A DNA stretch of 58,856 nucleotides, counting the filler, from Platydemus manokwari (Eukaryota): NCBI GenBank assembly GCA_037951405.1. It is 5 parts of 5 records of this genome, joined end to end, with 100 filler letters (N's around TTAATTAATTAA, not from the genome) between each part and the next. Parts side by side here need not be neighbours in the genome. Positions count along the whole stretch, not along the records: positions 20,545 to 33,569 come from JBBMOY011874720.1; positions 33,670 to 48,017 come from JBBMOY011476973.1; 3 more parts are not named here. One strand, 5' to 3'. The position numbers and the translations under genes are program-made. The number at the start of each line of letters is the position of its first letter. Position 1 is the stretch's first letter. The notes beneath the pieces were generated by a model. The model made no database searches and was not told the origin of the DNA. It saw only the letters and a list, made by a program, of their open reading frames with translations. Positions 25,267 to 37,724 of the stretch are shown piece by piece.

Positions 25267-26831
25267 ATTATTAGGTTTACCAATAAAATATAAAACCCTA
25301 AGTTATATATAATTAATTTAGAATAATGCATTTCCAAATGAAAATATTCGTCGATAATAAACTAAACTGACCATCTTTCATTGTATACCAGAATAATAAA
25401 AATTGTTGGAAGACATTCCCACAGGAATGATTATTGCAGAATTAAAGTGCATTTTGTATGAAAGAAAAAATGTTTTATAATCATTTTAAAACATCTCATA
25501 TTTAATGGAATAGTTGACCATAAAGTGAACTAACAACAACCATCGAATTATTATTTATCTAAGTTTTATAACAATACTGATTGTGCCTTTTAAAATGAAT
25601 TTTTGTAGATGATGTTTGTGTTGAAGATTTTATAAAAATGGAGACACAATATTACTGCAGAAGAATATTGAAGGCTTAGTTTAGCTTATTTATTTTGTAC
25701 TTTGTTGAAGGAAACAAAGTTATTATAATTTCTTCAATTAATAGAATAGCTGAGCATAAAATGAACGAACAACATTGGGTTGTATTGCCTAGTAAAAGTA
25801 TTCCCAAAAGATATTTTTTATAAAGTTTATAGCATATTATGAATTATCTTTTACAATTAATATTTATCCAAACTGCAATACAATGCTGAAACAATTACTT
25901 CGTTTTTGATTGTGTCTTTTCAAATGGATTTTTTAGATGATATTTTCTGTTGAACATTTTTAAAGATGGAGACGGCTGTAGAAATGTATTGAATGCTTAT
26001 TTTAAAAATCGCTACAATGTTATGTAAAAATGAAACAATGATGAGATTTATGAGAATCTTATCAATTAAAAGATTCTATTTGTGATGGGAAATCACAAAT
26101 ATGAAGAAAATAATATTTTGATATCATTTTATTGTTTTAAAGTGGTAAACATAATTTTTCAAAAAATAAACATTTCCTTAATAATTTAAATAAGCATTTA
26201 TTTCAATCTTGTATCTCTGTGTTTTGAATCGAAAAATATATAAACAATAATCTAGGTAATTGGAGCATTAGATTCCTGGGATCTTTCATTAATTTCTTTA
26301 TCACTTCTTTTAAAAAAATAATTCTAAAAATTTTGGATACCTTTCCATTTGCTTCTTATGTTAGAAAAAGGAGTCATCGCTAATTTTGAATTAAATGCAT
26401 TTCGACTTATTTTGACCAGTTTTTTTAAATAATAATTTTTAAATCGCTTGTGCATATAGTTTTTCATTCTAAAGAACTAAAATCTTTTCTCACAAAATTT
26501 AAATAAATAATCTACATAGATTTTTGCACTCAACAAATTTAAGACCCTTTTTTTAACTTAAGCCATGAATTTAATTTCTAAGTTATTACATTTTCATCAT
26601 CTTTAATGAAATTAATAAATTCGACAATAATAATAATAATAATTTTCAAATAAATGTTCATAGAATTAAACGAAGCCACAACAAAAAAATGTAAAAATAA
26701 ATTGTATCGTGAAAAATGAAAATAAATTTGAAACAAATGAAAATTTGGAACTGAGAGCTTAATAAGAAAAGTATATGAAATATTACCATTTACTGAGGAT
26801 ACTTATATTTTGTTTGATGATGGCTATATTG

Positions 26832-27066
26832 GTTGTTAGCTGCTACTATTTTAAAAAACCACACATTGAAAATAAACTGAAAAGTCAAGACGCAAACAAT
26901 CTATTCTATATCCAAATATTTAAACAAATAATTCTAATTTTACATTAATTTAATTTTTTATAAAATTAAAATGAATTTGAATGAATTTGAATAAAATGTG
27001 AATTAAAATTGTTTCGAATTAAATTGAATTTTAATTCAAAATAAATATCTCACATTGGCTGTATAC
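26832..27066 (+). repeat. Arm 1 of a ~230-bp inverted repeat (partner 30820-31055)
   Basis: Shared blocks such as TACTATTTTAAAAA..CCACA, AAAGTCAAGAC, AAATATTTAAACAAATA.TTCTAATTTTACATTAATTTAATTTTTTATAAAATTAAA and AAATATCTCACA recur in reverse complement. Confidence 0.85.
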
Positions 27067-28381
27067 ACTTTAAATATTAATTGAAAAGACATTAATAAAA
27101 ATTTAGAAATGAGTTTGATTTTTAGAAATAAAATGGAGATAATTATTTACAGAATTCAATCAATAAAAGAGTACCTGGATAATTTAAGGAATAATTTAAT
27201 GGTAAATTTTTAACAGAATGATTTGCTATAAGATCAAAATATATACAAAGAACTTTACAACAAACTAAAATTAAACCAAAGAAATCTCAGAGGAAGTAAT
27301 TAATAAAAGTATGGTGATGGCATTATTTAAAAATTATTTATTTAATAATGAAAATAATTATCGAAATGTTATATGAATGGGTTCTGATAGACATGATATT
27401 AAAGTATCAAAAACAAAGATATTAACTCGGCATAATTTCAATCAAAAGATATTTGTTTACGAGAATGGAATTAATACTTTGCTTTTCAATTATATTATAT
27501 TATTATTTTTTACTTTGATGTCACCTGATAACCTTGTTAACTTATGATTATGAAATTTTTAAATTTCTTGTAATTCACTTTAATATTTTTCTTCAAACTC
27601 TATAATGTGTTCCATTTTAATTCTTGATGAATCTTTTATTCCTGTTACTGTTTATTCCAGTAAATCTTTAATAATATCTTGAGACTTAATTATTTGTTCA
27701 TCAATCAATATATTGTCCGACAAAGCTTTTAGCTGCAATAAATATAATTGATCAAAACCATTGTTTAATTGATTCACAAACTTCTTTATAAATCTTTTTT
27801 CATCTTAATACCTTATTCAATATGAAAAGACTCTCCGATAACTGAATTTATTATTGTTAATAAAAATTTCCTATATCACGATATAGAGTAATAATTGGAG
27901 AATTTCCAGAATCAGAAAGACTTTGTAAAATTAGTTGTTAAAATACCTAAAATATTTCCTGATATCAAAATTGATTACTTTAAACCAATATCAACATTAG
28001 TCTATTTACTTCAAAATTTACTAAAGTACCTCATAAATTTTTCTAAAAATCCGTTTTCATTCAATGCTAAAGTTATTATCATTTACTTTTAATACATCGT
28101 TTTCAAAAATTAAAAGTCCAGAGCGCTTTCAGTACAAGATTTTAAAAGGATTCAAATAAATTTCATTTACATCTATGTTTTTTCTGAAATTGTAACGTTT
28201 CATATCTAGTATTTTTTATGAAATCATATGATGCTCTACCCATATGCGAATTTAAATGAACTCAAGCTTTTGTACATTTTAGTTATATTTATTTCAATTC
28301 ATTTCTTGGCTTTAGTTGCGCTAATTCTTTTTTTTTATAATTAGTTTCTAAATCTGTTATCTAAGGTTGTTTTACTTGATT

Positions 28382-28540
28382 TACTGATCCTGATATTGCT
28401 GGAAATGTAGCCAATAATGGTAAAAACCAATGACATTTTTGTATTAAAATCTTCTTTAAACGATATTTTCTATAATTTTTATTAGTTCATTAAATATCTC
28501 TTTAGTTATTTTTATTTCTTCACCATTATTGTATAAAGGT
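28382..28540 (-). pseudogene. Remnant of a Polinton/adintovirus small basic 'GGFLP' protein gene
   Basis: RKYRLKKILIQKCHWFLPLLATFPAISG matches the KKxLxQxGGFLPxL pattern (adenovirus protein X-like cleavage motif), with the GG mutated. Confidence 0.55.
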
Positions 28541-29948
28541 TTCTTCTTTCTATCTTTATTATTTGTTTTAAAAATTTGAATTCGTTGAGCAGTTTCTCCC
28601 CACTATTAATAATTTTTAAAATTCATATTTAAAAAATGTCAAAGAGACAATAATAATAAAACTCCAACGAACATTTGTTTTTATAGCAATCTTTGAACAA
28701 TAGTTCATCATCTTCTATAGTTTTTTCAAGTCAGTAATTAATTTTATAGTTATTTATATTTTTCCCTTATTATTATAAAAATATTTCTGATTTCCATCTT
28801 TTCCAATTTGTTTAAAAAATTTTCTTTCATTGAAAAGTTTCTCCCAATTATCACAAATTTTATAATTTATTTTAAAAAGATATCAAAGAAGTCTTTTTAA
28901 AAAATAAACTTTACATATTACATCAATAACAAATTTTAGAAGATCTTTTGACCTTTAATTATTGTTTCAACCGCTTTTTACTGTAATGCAACAATATGGT
29001 TTTAATTTTAAAATGGAATCTTTTTCATTTTCTACAGTTACAACACATCCATTTATAATTAATTTTCATCTTATGCATTTACATCAAAAGGTAAAATGAA
29101 ATAAAATTTTTGAAATTCTAGTATAATTTGTTGTATATTAATTTAAAATTCTTACATGAATTAAGAAATGCTAAATAAGGTTTTATACGATCATTTAAAT
29201 TGATTTAAAATTGCATTTTATTAGCTGGATAAGGAAAATAATTTAATCGCATTTTTAATGTTTTTGTTTTATTATTATTGTTATTATTTTGAATTAATTT
29301 TCTCCAATTCAATTTCAGAATCTTTACATCCGATTTTTTAATATTTTGATTCATTTATTTATATTTCTACTTGCCAAATTACCAGAAGTAGACCAAATAC
29401 AATATCAACTACGAGGAAAAAAGAAAAGAATAATCGAATCATTGAATAACACAGGGCCATCCAATAATTATTTTAATTTTTTATTAACTTTAATAATATT
29501 ATGTAATAATCACATCACAAACAGAAAATTTGTCCTCAAATACACGATATCCATGGAAATTCGCTTTTTTACAAGACCCATTATATGACAACAAATGCCC
29601 AGAAATCTTACAAATAGTTCAAATCTGGACAGGCGAAATTAGAAACAAGGTTTCAATAGACCCACCATCTGATGGCATCGCGTGTAGATGGGTATATGAG
29701 GTAAAATATAGGGTAATATAAAATTCGGACTGAGAAAAGGATATAATTCGACGGAATCGACACATCAAAATACGTTTGATAATCTTCGAACAGATATAAG
29801 ATATTTGTTATTGATAACATATTACGAAATGAAAGTAATAAGAGATGACTTGTATGATTTTAATCGGTATATGCAAACCCATCAAGACAGTGAAGTCGTG
29901 AAGTTCATTGAAGAAAGGAACAAAGTGCAAATTAAACTTACTTCAACT

Positions 29949-30076
29949 ACAATATCGATTTGATGAGAATGCACTGAAAACGAGAAAATTGTTACAAATG
30001 TATATCTTATAGGACTAAGATATACATTTGCAACAATGTTCTCGTTTTCAGAGCATTCTCGTCGAAGTGATATTGT
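29949..30076. repeat. 128-bp hairpin/palindrome (61-bp arms, 6-nt loop)
   Basis: 29949-30009 matches the reverse complement of 30016-30076 at 54/61 positions without gaps; loop TAGGAC. Confidence 0.95.
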
Positions 30077-30079
30077 CTA

Positions 30080-30795
30080 CCCAATTTTGATGATTATCCT
30101 CTGGTCGATTTTGGGCGAAATACATATACTCAATTTCTGATACTGTTATTTGATGTTCGTGCTGCTTTATAGTGTTCCTGCTTGTATTTAATTTTCAATC
30201 TAGCTTTTAGCCATAATTTTTCTTACATTAAGGTTTTTTAATCAACAGTTTCCATATACTGAGCTGTCCGTTCTTGGTAATTTAAATCGATTGGTATATT
30301 ATTCCTTCTTAGATAAATCATGTAAAACAGTGTTTCACTGGTTCCCTCGTGTACTGCATTTTGAGAACCGTATGGACGTGGGTTGATATATATATATACT
30401 ATTCTCGTAATGTCCTCCCAGTGTAGGGTGATAACATATTAATTAATGCCCCGTTAAATCTGTCGATAAACCCATCTGTTTGACGATGATAAAAGGTAGT
30501 GTTCGCGTTCATAATTCTAAATAGATCTGTAATAGCTTTAAATAAATCACTGAGGAAATTTGATCTTCAATCTCTCAATGTTTTATTCGATGTTTCCAAA
30601 CGAAAAAGAATATTGTCAAAGAAAATTTAAGTAACAGTTTCTGCTTTCTTATTTTGTATTGAAAATCAATCGGGCCATTTGATTAAGTAGTCACAGCATA
30701 CTAATATGTATTTTTTTTTCTATTTATCGTCTCCGGAAAAGGTCCAAAAATGTCCATTGTTGTCATTTTCATCGGGATTGCTGGATATGATAATA
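30080..30795 (-). mobile_element. Decayed Gypsy-type retroviral integrase core and C-terminus
   Basis: MDIFGPFPET..KYILVCCDYLIKW...KKAETV...RD*RSNFLSDLF...TTFYHRQTDGFIDRFNGALINML...AVHEGT; the rve motifs appear in order. Confidence 0.9.
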
Positions 30796-30819
30796 TATAA
30801 TGATAATAAATAATGAGCA

Positions 30820-31055
30820 ATATACAATGGGTTTGTGAGATATTTGATATGAATTAAATTTCAATTTAATTTGAAACAATTTAAATTTACATTTATTCAA
30901 ATTTTATTCAGATTTAATTTAATTTTATAAAAAATTAAATTAATGTAAAATTAGAAATATTTGTTTAAATATTTTGATTTAATAGATATTGATTGTGTCT
31001 TGACTTTATTGGTTTGATTTTAGTTTGTGGTTTTTAAAATAGTAACGACTAACAG
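30820..31055 (-). repeat. Arm 2 of the ~230-bp inverted repeat (partner 26832-27066)
   Basis: Reverse complement aligns with 26832-27066; lies immediately upstream of pPolB copy C. Confidence 0.85.
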
Positions 31056-31159
31056 AGTTGATAACAAATTAGATAAAAATAAATTCTAATTAACTTTAAA
31101 ATTAAAAAATTTTAAACAAACAAAAAAGTAAAATTAAAAAAAATATCTTTTAAATATTG

Positions 31160-33569
31160 GAGTGTAAATAACAAAGTTGTGAATAAACATCGAAAACTAT
31201 TCAGAATAGGATAGACATTACAAAAAATTGTAATGCCAATACGAAAAGGTAATATATTAATGACAGTTCCATTTATAATAGCAGCTGATATAGCGTGTGT
31301 TAATGAGATGAAAACTAATGTAGAAAAAAATGAGGTAAGAGCTAACAAAACCAGAGTTTTATGTAATCAAATACTTCTTGTATTTATTTAAAATCAATTT
31401 CTACATATCCAGATTTAATAAAGGATGAAAGTAAATTGTTTCAAAGTGAAAATTATACTAAAGATTTTATCAATTGTTTTGTGAGAAACGAAAATAGATT
31501 TCAAGCAAAATTAAAATCAAAATTTGTAATCGAAAACGGGTATATAAAAATATTACCCTTAGCGGAGGAGGCTTATATTTCATTTAATTATGATTGCATA
31601 AGATTCATAAATTCATTAAGATTATTTCAAACTCTTTACGTAACATAACTACATTTATGAAGGATGAAGAATTTATATAATTTTAAAAAAGCTTTTAGAT
31701 AACTATCGAATAATAAAAGAAAATGAATTTATCTAAACAATTATATAACATCACTTGAACAGATTAAATGATACAATTTCGCCATTAATTGAATGTTTAT
31801 ATGCCAAATTAGAATAAACTGGAATAACGAAACAAGAATATCAAAGACCTCAAATCATTTGGAATAAATTTAACTAAAGATTATATGGAAATATATAATC
31901 GTATATTTAAAACAACATGTAAAGTTTTTTAGCCAGTTCTATAGAAAGTTTCAGAAAAAAATGTATAATTAATAGAAATCCTCATGTTTCTTATACTTCA
32001 TTTGAATGAAAATTTAAAGAAACAAATATTGTATCAAACGATGTATGTAATGATGTAATAAGGAATAAGATTCGGAATTTCTTAAGTAATGCAAAAATAA
32101 TATGTTATAGCAAATAATAAATTTATTAATCATGAATGTGAAAACTCCAAATTTAGTGATCAATATGAGGAAAATAAATTATTAGAAAATAATATGGAGA
32201 AATTATTACATCAGGAATCTTCGATAGGAATAATTTATATATTGATGGTGATAAGTTATATGGTTGAGCATTGACTGAAACATTATCAAATTAAAAATTA
32301 AAATGCGCTGAACAAGTTGATATTAAAAAATAATAATAAATTAGATGGATTTATCTCAATATTAAATCGATTACCACTAAATTCAGAACAAAGAAAGATT
32401 TTGGAAGTTGTTTTAGGATGTAAAGAATTGACAAAATATTTTTCCATTAGCTCCAAAAAAGAAAGCATATTTAAAATTATTTAGTGAGAATCAAAAAGAC
32501 AAAATAAAAAGGGAAAAGATTACTCTAGCAGTGTTATCAATCTGTGATCAAGCAGATCAACAAAATCATGTTGAGGTGAATAGGAATCATTAGTTTTATT
32601 TAAAAATGATTATGAAAATAAAAAGGAACAAATCAGAAAAATCCATACATTTTAAGCTTTAAATTAGAAAAACAAAGAAAAAGTACCTGGTAAATTCAAG
32701 AATGAATTACTATACAACAAACAAAAATTTAAACAAAGAAGTCCCAAAGGACGTAATAAATAAAAACATGGTTATGGAATTGTTTATTTAATAATTAAAA
32801 TAATTATAAAGATATCATAAGAATAGGTTCCAATAAACATGATATTCAGGAATAAATATAATTTAATGAAAATGTGTTTAATTGCTTCACAAGCTTCTAT
32901 AAAAATCTTTATCTTTTAACAACCTTATCCAATATGAAATGACTCTATAAAACTGGATTTAGTAATTTTACAGTGTCAGAAATTATTTGTGAATTATTTG
33001 TTTAAATACCTCAAAACTCCACCAGGTATCGAAATTTAATATTTAAAACCAATATCAACTTTAGTCCATTTACTTTATAATTTAATATAGTGCCGCATTA
33101 TTTTTTCAAAAAACTCATTCATACAATTCTCAATCCAAAGGTTATTAACACTTACTTTTAATACATCGTTTTTTGTAAGTTCAAGAGTTTGGAAGACTTT
33201 TAGCATATGTTTTGACAAATTCATTAGGTTTTCCAAACTAATTGGTTTTTGACGGTAAGTTAATATATATCTCATTCAACACAGAAGGACAATCTCATTT
33301 TCATTCAATTCTAATATATCTCATTCAATTTTAATAAAGTTTAAAATATCATCTTTGAGACGGTTAATACGACTCGAAATTTGGATAATTTTCTATTAAT
33401 ATATATTTGGTATCTCATATTTCTTGATCGGATGAAGTTCTATTAATAATTATAAATTCCAGGAGATTACTCTTTGTTGGGTAATTTAGAAATATACTGG
33501 TCGACAAGATGTTTAACCCGGTCTTAATTAGTATACATTAAGGCGTTTTCCCAATTATTATTGTTGAAT
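31160..33569 (+). mobile_element. Polinton/Maverick copy C: internally deleted pPolB pseudogene plus convergent ORF remnant
   Basis: VPFIIAAD (Exo I); KILPLAEEAYISFNYDCIRFINSLRLF; motif A region IDGDKLYG*AL (~32240-32275); KILEVVLG; NKEKVPGKFKNE (~32670-32706). The minus-strand remnant at 32900-33275 is shared with copy B. Confidence 0.85.
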
Positions 33570-33669
33570 NNNNNNNNNNNNNNNNNNNNNNNNNNNNNNN
33601 NNNNNNNNNNNNNTTAATTAATTAANNNNNNNNNNNNNNNNNNNNNNNNNNNNNNNNNNNNNNNNNNNN
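33570..33669. other. Assembly gap with TTAATTAATTAA linker
   Basis: 100-bp N block with linker. Confidence 0.98.
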
Positions 33670-34550
33670 TTATGTTTAAATGATTTGGTAAAACAAAAAC
33701 TTTAAACAACTAAAAAACATGAATAACTTTTGACTCAGCCTAATAACTGTTCAAAATGTTCACCATCTTGCTCCAAACAGATATGGCTTCGTTTCCTGTA
33801 GCTTGAATAACATTTACGGACGACTTCTTGATTGATGTTTGTTACTTCATGTGAAATTGCTTCTTTAAATTTGTTGAGCTTTGTATAATTATTATGGGTT
33901 GCATACATTCGATTTTTAATATAGCTCCATAACCAAAAGTCCAATATTGTGAGGTCTGGAGATCTTGGTGACCATTTCTTTGGTCCTCTACGACCAATCC
34001 GCCGTTGTGGAAAATGTTGATCAAGTTATTATCGTGCTGGAATACTGAAATGTTGCGGGGCATCATTGTCCTGATACCAATGTTGATTGTCATTTTCAGT
34101 GAAGGAAAACAGCTCTTAATTTAAAACTGTAACATACCACGATTTGTTCATTGTTTCACGATTGATTTCATCTGACGATCTTCCTGGTAGCAACCTAGTG
34201 GATATGTTTCCAGTTTCTTCAAACTTCTGTTAACAATATTGCACTATTGGCCCAGCCGGTAGTGTACAATTGAAATGTTGTTGAAATTCTTGGCAAGCTT
34301 TGGCACTACTCTGGTACACCATTATATGGTTAACTTTAAACACTCTATCCATAACCGAAAATTTAACATCACCAGCTGCTTCCGCAATATTGTAATAATG
34401 CAACTGATTAATAAGAAATAAGAAATAAGGTACATTAATCAGTGAATAATAATTAATATCAATGAGTATAAATATAGGAGTATAAATTATATTGTGTTTT
34501 GTTGTTTTATTTTAGTTTTAGAGACGGAGACTTATGAATCGCATGGTATA
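33670..34550 (-). mobile_element. Internally deleted Tc1/mariner element, DD41D (rosa/Visitor) type
   Basis: 5' terminus TA-TACCATGCGATTCATAAGTCTCCGTC at 34550-34523; N-terminal HTH (KFEETGN); WYQDNDAPQH...FPQRRIGRRGPKKWSPRSPDLTILDFWLWSYIKNRMY with exactly 41 codons between the mutated second and the third catalytic D. The other end runs into the gap. Confidence 0.92.
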
Positions 34551-36277
34551 TTAGTATGATTCCAGTCGTGAATTTCATGATAAATAACTTGTATTACTAA
34601 ATTAGATTCGAATCAAACATTTATTCTTAATTTAACTCAAAGTTTAATGTGATATATTTTATAATCACAAAATATTTATTGATCTTTCAATTCTGACCCA
34701 CAATAATTTTATCGTTCTGCCCTTAGTTATGATTTTCTCAGCAGCTCTCATTCAAAGTAGTGATCAATTATGAGTTTCATTTCGTGGTCCAATCAAGACT
34801 GTAATTGTATTTATCAGTTGCATATGAGGAGGATTTGTAAATTTGAAACCCCGGATTAATTGATGGTGAACTTCTATCAAAAAACCCACTGTTAATCATC
34901 GCCTTATTTTGTGATTACATAAAAGTAAATGCTGGCCAATTTTAATGTTACGACTTAGTTTCATCTCTCATTGATATTGTTTAAAATATCAAATTAAATT
35001 AAATAATTTTATCCATGGTTCTTGTTGGCCTAAGACAGTTAATGATGAAGGAACTAAAGACTCTTTTAAAAATTTCCCCAAGAGCCCTTGTTACTAACGC
35101 TTTGAGGATCGAGCACTGTTATAGCTACAAAGATCGCTAAATTCCATGAAACTAGCTTTCATTGCTTTCATAAAATTTGCATATTTGAGGGCATCGGATT
35201 CAAGTTAAAGATGATATGTAAATTTAATAAGGATAATTGTTAGTAGAAAAAATCTTTAGTTGATTGATAAAGCAGGATAATGGAATTAATTAGAAGATAT
35301 AAAATGTTACCTATTTAGTTTCGCGGAAGATAACGACTGGAACAATTCTTGCTACTGTAAAGTTATAAGTTGTCACTTTACTTCTCTGAATTCATGTCTC
35401 TTTATCATCGATTTCTTCCTTGGGTATATTTCACCAGATTAATTTTCGTCCAATTGCTGTGTTTATTTTGAAAGGGTTTTAAATGAAGAGGTGTTACAAT
35501 AATTGGTATCTTCTGTTTATTTTAATTTTTGAATAAACTTGTTATATTATTTTTAGGTTTACTAATTGTTGTATAATTTTAGTGGTTTATTTATAAAATT
35601 ATCATCTAGTTCAAGATTATTAATAAAATTAATTCTCCTACGAATTATTTTTATTTAAAAATATCTTGTTATCATAACAATTATCGATACTAGAATTTGG
35701 TATAATTTAGATATAAAAAGTTAAAGACAAAATTAGTAGTGGTATTTATGAGCCATGGTTTTGTGCGTGAGATTTTATGTTTTTATTATGATAATTCTTA
35801 TTGAGAAACATACTGCATCAAATATTTTGATACCAGAACAGTGATTTGTGCTTCATAAACACTGTGAAGACATCATTAATCGTTGAGACTATTTCCAGGA
35901 ACGTTGCCATTGAAGAAGCTAGTGAGGTCCGCTGATGGCACAATTACTAATTTGAACATGTAACCGAGAAATCGTTCGATTTTTGGAAAATATTTGAATT
36001 TACCTCACTAAGACCCCACTAATAGACTAACTGATTTAACTCAACTTCATTAGAGCTTATTGTCATTGTCTTTGATTTTATTTCGTGACACTCTATCCTC
36101 ACTAACAAGGGGTTTCAATAGAAAAATTAATTTCTGGACAAATCAATCAATCTACGTGGTTTCGTATGGTTATTTATTTTTAATAATTTTATTGATCTGT
36201 CTATATTACCGGTTTACAGATTCATCGAAATATGATTACACCAAAATGGAAAATAAATAATCAAACTCACTTATCTA

Positions 36278-36340
<63 letters not shown>
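36278..36340. repeat. (ATT)n microsatellite, ~21 units
   Basis: Perfect trinucleotide run ~90 bp upstream of the Ig gene start. Confidence 0.97.
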
Positions 36341-36426
36341 TCAAATAACATTCCGCATAATATGATTACCAAATCGAGTTCATATTTGTTTTGATATTAT
36401 AAAAGGGTTCAACATTATTGGATCAA

Positions 36427-37724
36427 ATGGCACTATGTAAGAGAATGTACTTCCAAAATACTTTGTACGGATTTCTTTCATTTATCATTTGGTTTCAATT
36501 TATCATCTTTACTTGCGAATATAGTACTGTTAATAATCCTTTTCGTTTGATATATACTAGTGGATTTCCTCACGAACGTTCGAAACCATTCTTCATTTCA
36601 TTGAAAGTTGATGATTCCATTAAAAATGATTTTAACTCAATCATCCTAGTTAAATTTACCTCAAGAAATGGTATTGTTGCACTTTTTACTGTTTTTCGAA
36701 ATCTGAATGATGAATTAAGCAGTGGTTATGAAAGCAAGTATTTAGATCAGCATGGCATCATAAACAATGATTCATACTTAAATATGACTCTTAAATTTCA
36801 CCAAGAAGCTCATCTTGGAACCATTGAATTTATATATTGTCCACTGGGTCTGAGGTGTGGAAATATAAATAACAATGAAATTAATTTAATGAACATAATT
36901 TATCGTGATACAATACTAATAAGTGTTAAACCAAATATTAAGTTTTATATATCAGTTGAATCAACAAGATTGTCAACACCGTGCATTAATCAAACCACGA
37001 TAGTATATTGCAGTGCCTCCAGTGGATTTCCACTAAGTGCTGTTAATGTAAATTTCTCAAATAACGTAGAAGTTATATCCAAAACTTCGAGAAGTAATGA
37101 AGAACTGATCCTTCGCTTTCGTCCCAGAGTGGAAGATGATCGAATGAAAATATCGTGTTCATGGGGAAATCATAGCATTCAGAAGTTCCTAAGAGTTTAT
37201 CGTAAGTACTTACTGATTTTCAGGAATATTAAAATAACTTTTAAATATTATCAGATCATTCGAAATCCGTTGAAGTTAAACCTGATAGTTATCGATATTT
37301 GATACCTGGCAACATATTGACTTGCTCCAATACAGGCGGTGGATATCCAGAACCAGAAGTTCAATGGCTCATTTCAAATAATTCTTTAGCAGATATCAAT
37401 AGTTCTTTTAACATAACTTCACATAAAGGAAAGGCTTATCTTAAAATTTTAAAATCCGTTGAAAAAAACAGTAAATGGTCATTCACTTGTTCTGCTAAAA
37501 ATATTCTACCACCAAATATAGTAGGAGGGATAACAAAAGTGATAAATTTCGAAATTAATTCGTTTAAGAAAGAGATGCAAAAATATAATTTTCACAAATT
37601 ATATATAATATGTGTAACCATACCATCAATTTTATTCTTTTTATTTCTTTTATTTTCGGTAAATTTATACAAATTAAATCGAAACTATCGAATTCTAAAG
37701 AAGAGTATTCAACCAGAAAAGTAA
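36427..37724 (+). CDS. Type I membrane protein with Ig-like domains, ~408-414 aa, 2 exons
   Basis: Exon 1 from ATG 36427 (or 36445) to 37201, 53-nt intron gtaagt..tcag (37202-37254), exon 2 37255-37724; this joins the two ORF-track ORFs in frame. Signal peptide; Ig-like VYCSASSGFP...ISCSW and LTCSNTGGGYPEPEVQW...FTCSAKN; TM helix LYIICVTIPSILFFLFLLFSVNL; short basic tail; AATAAA after the stop. Confidence 0.88.

Larger units (their letters stand above)
26745..28900. mobile_element. Fragmented Polinton/Maverick copy B: pPolB pieces on +, convergent accessory ORF remnants on -
   Basis: EILPFTEDTYILFD (~26775-26820) is homologous to copies A and C; NKRVPG*FKE*FNGKFLTE*FAIRSK (~27160-27240) is the pPolB C-terminus. 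27255-27420 and 27790-28130 align by eye with 32710-32850 and 32900-33200. Confidence 0.75.
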
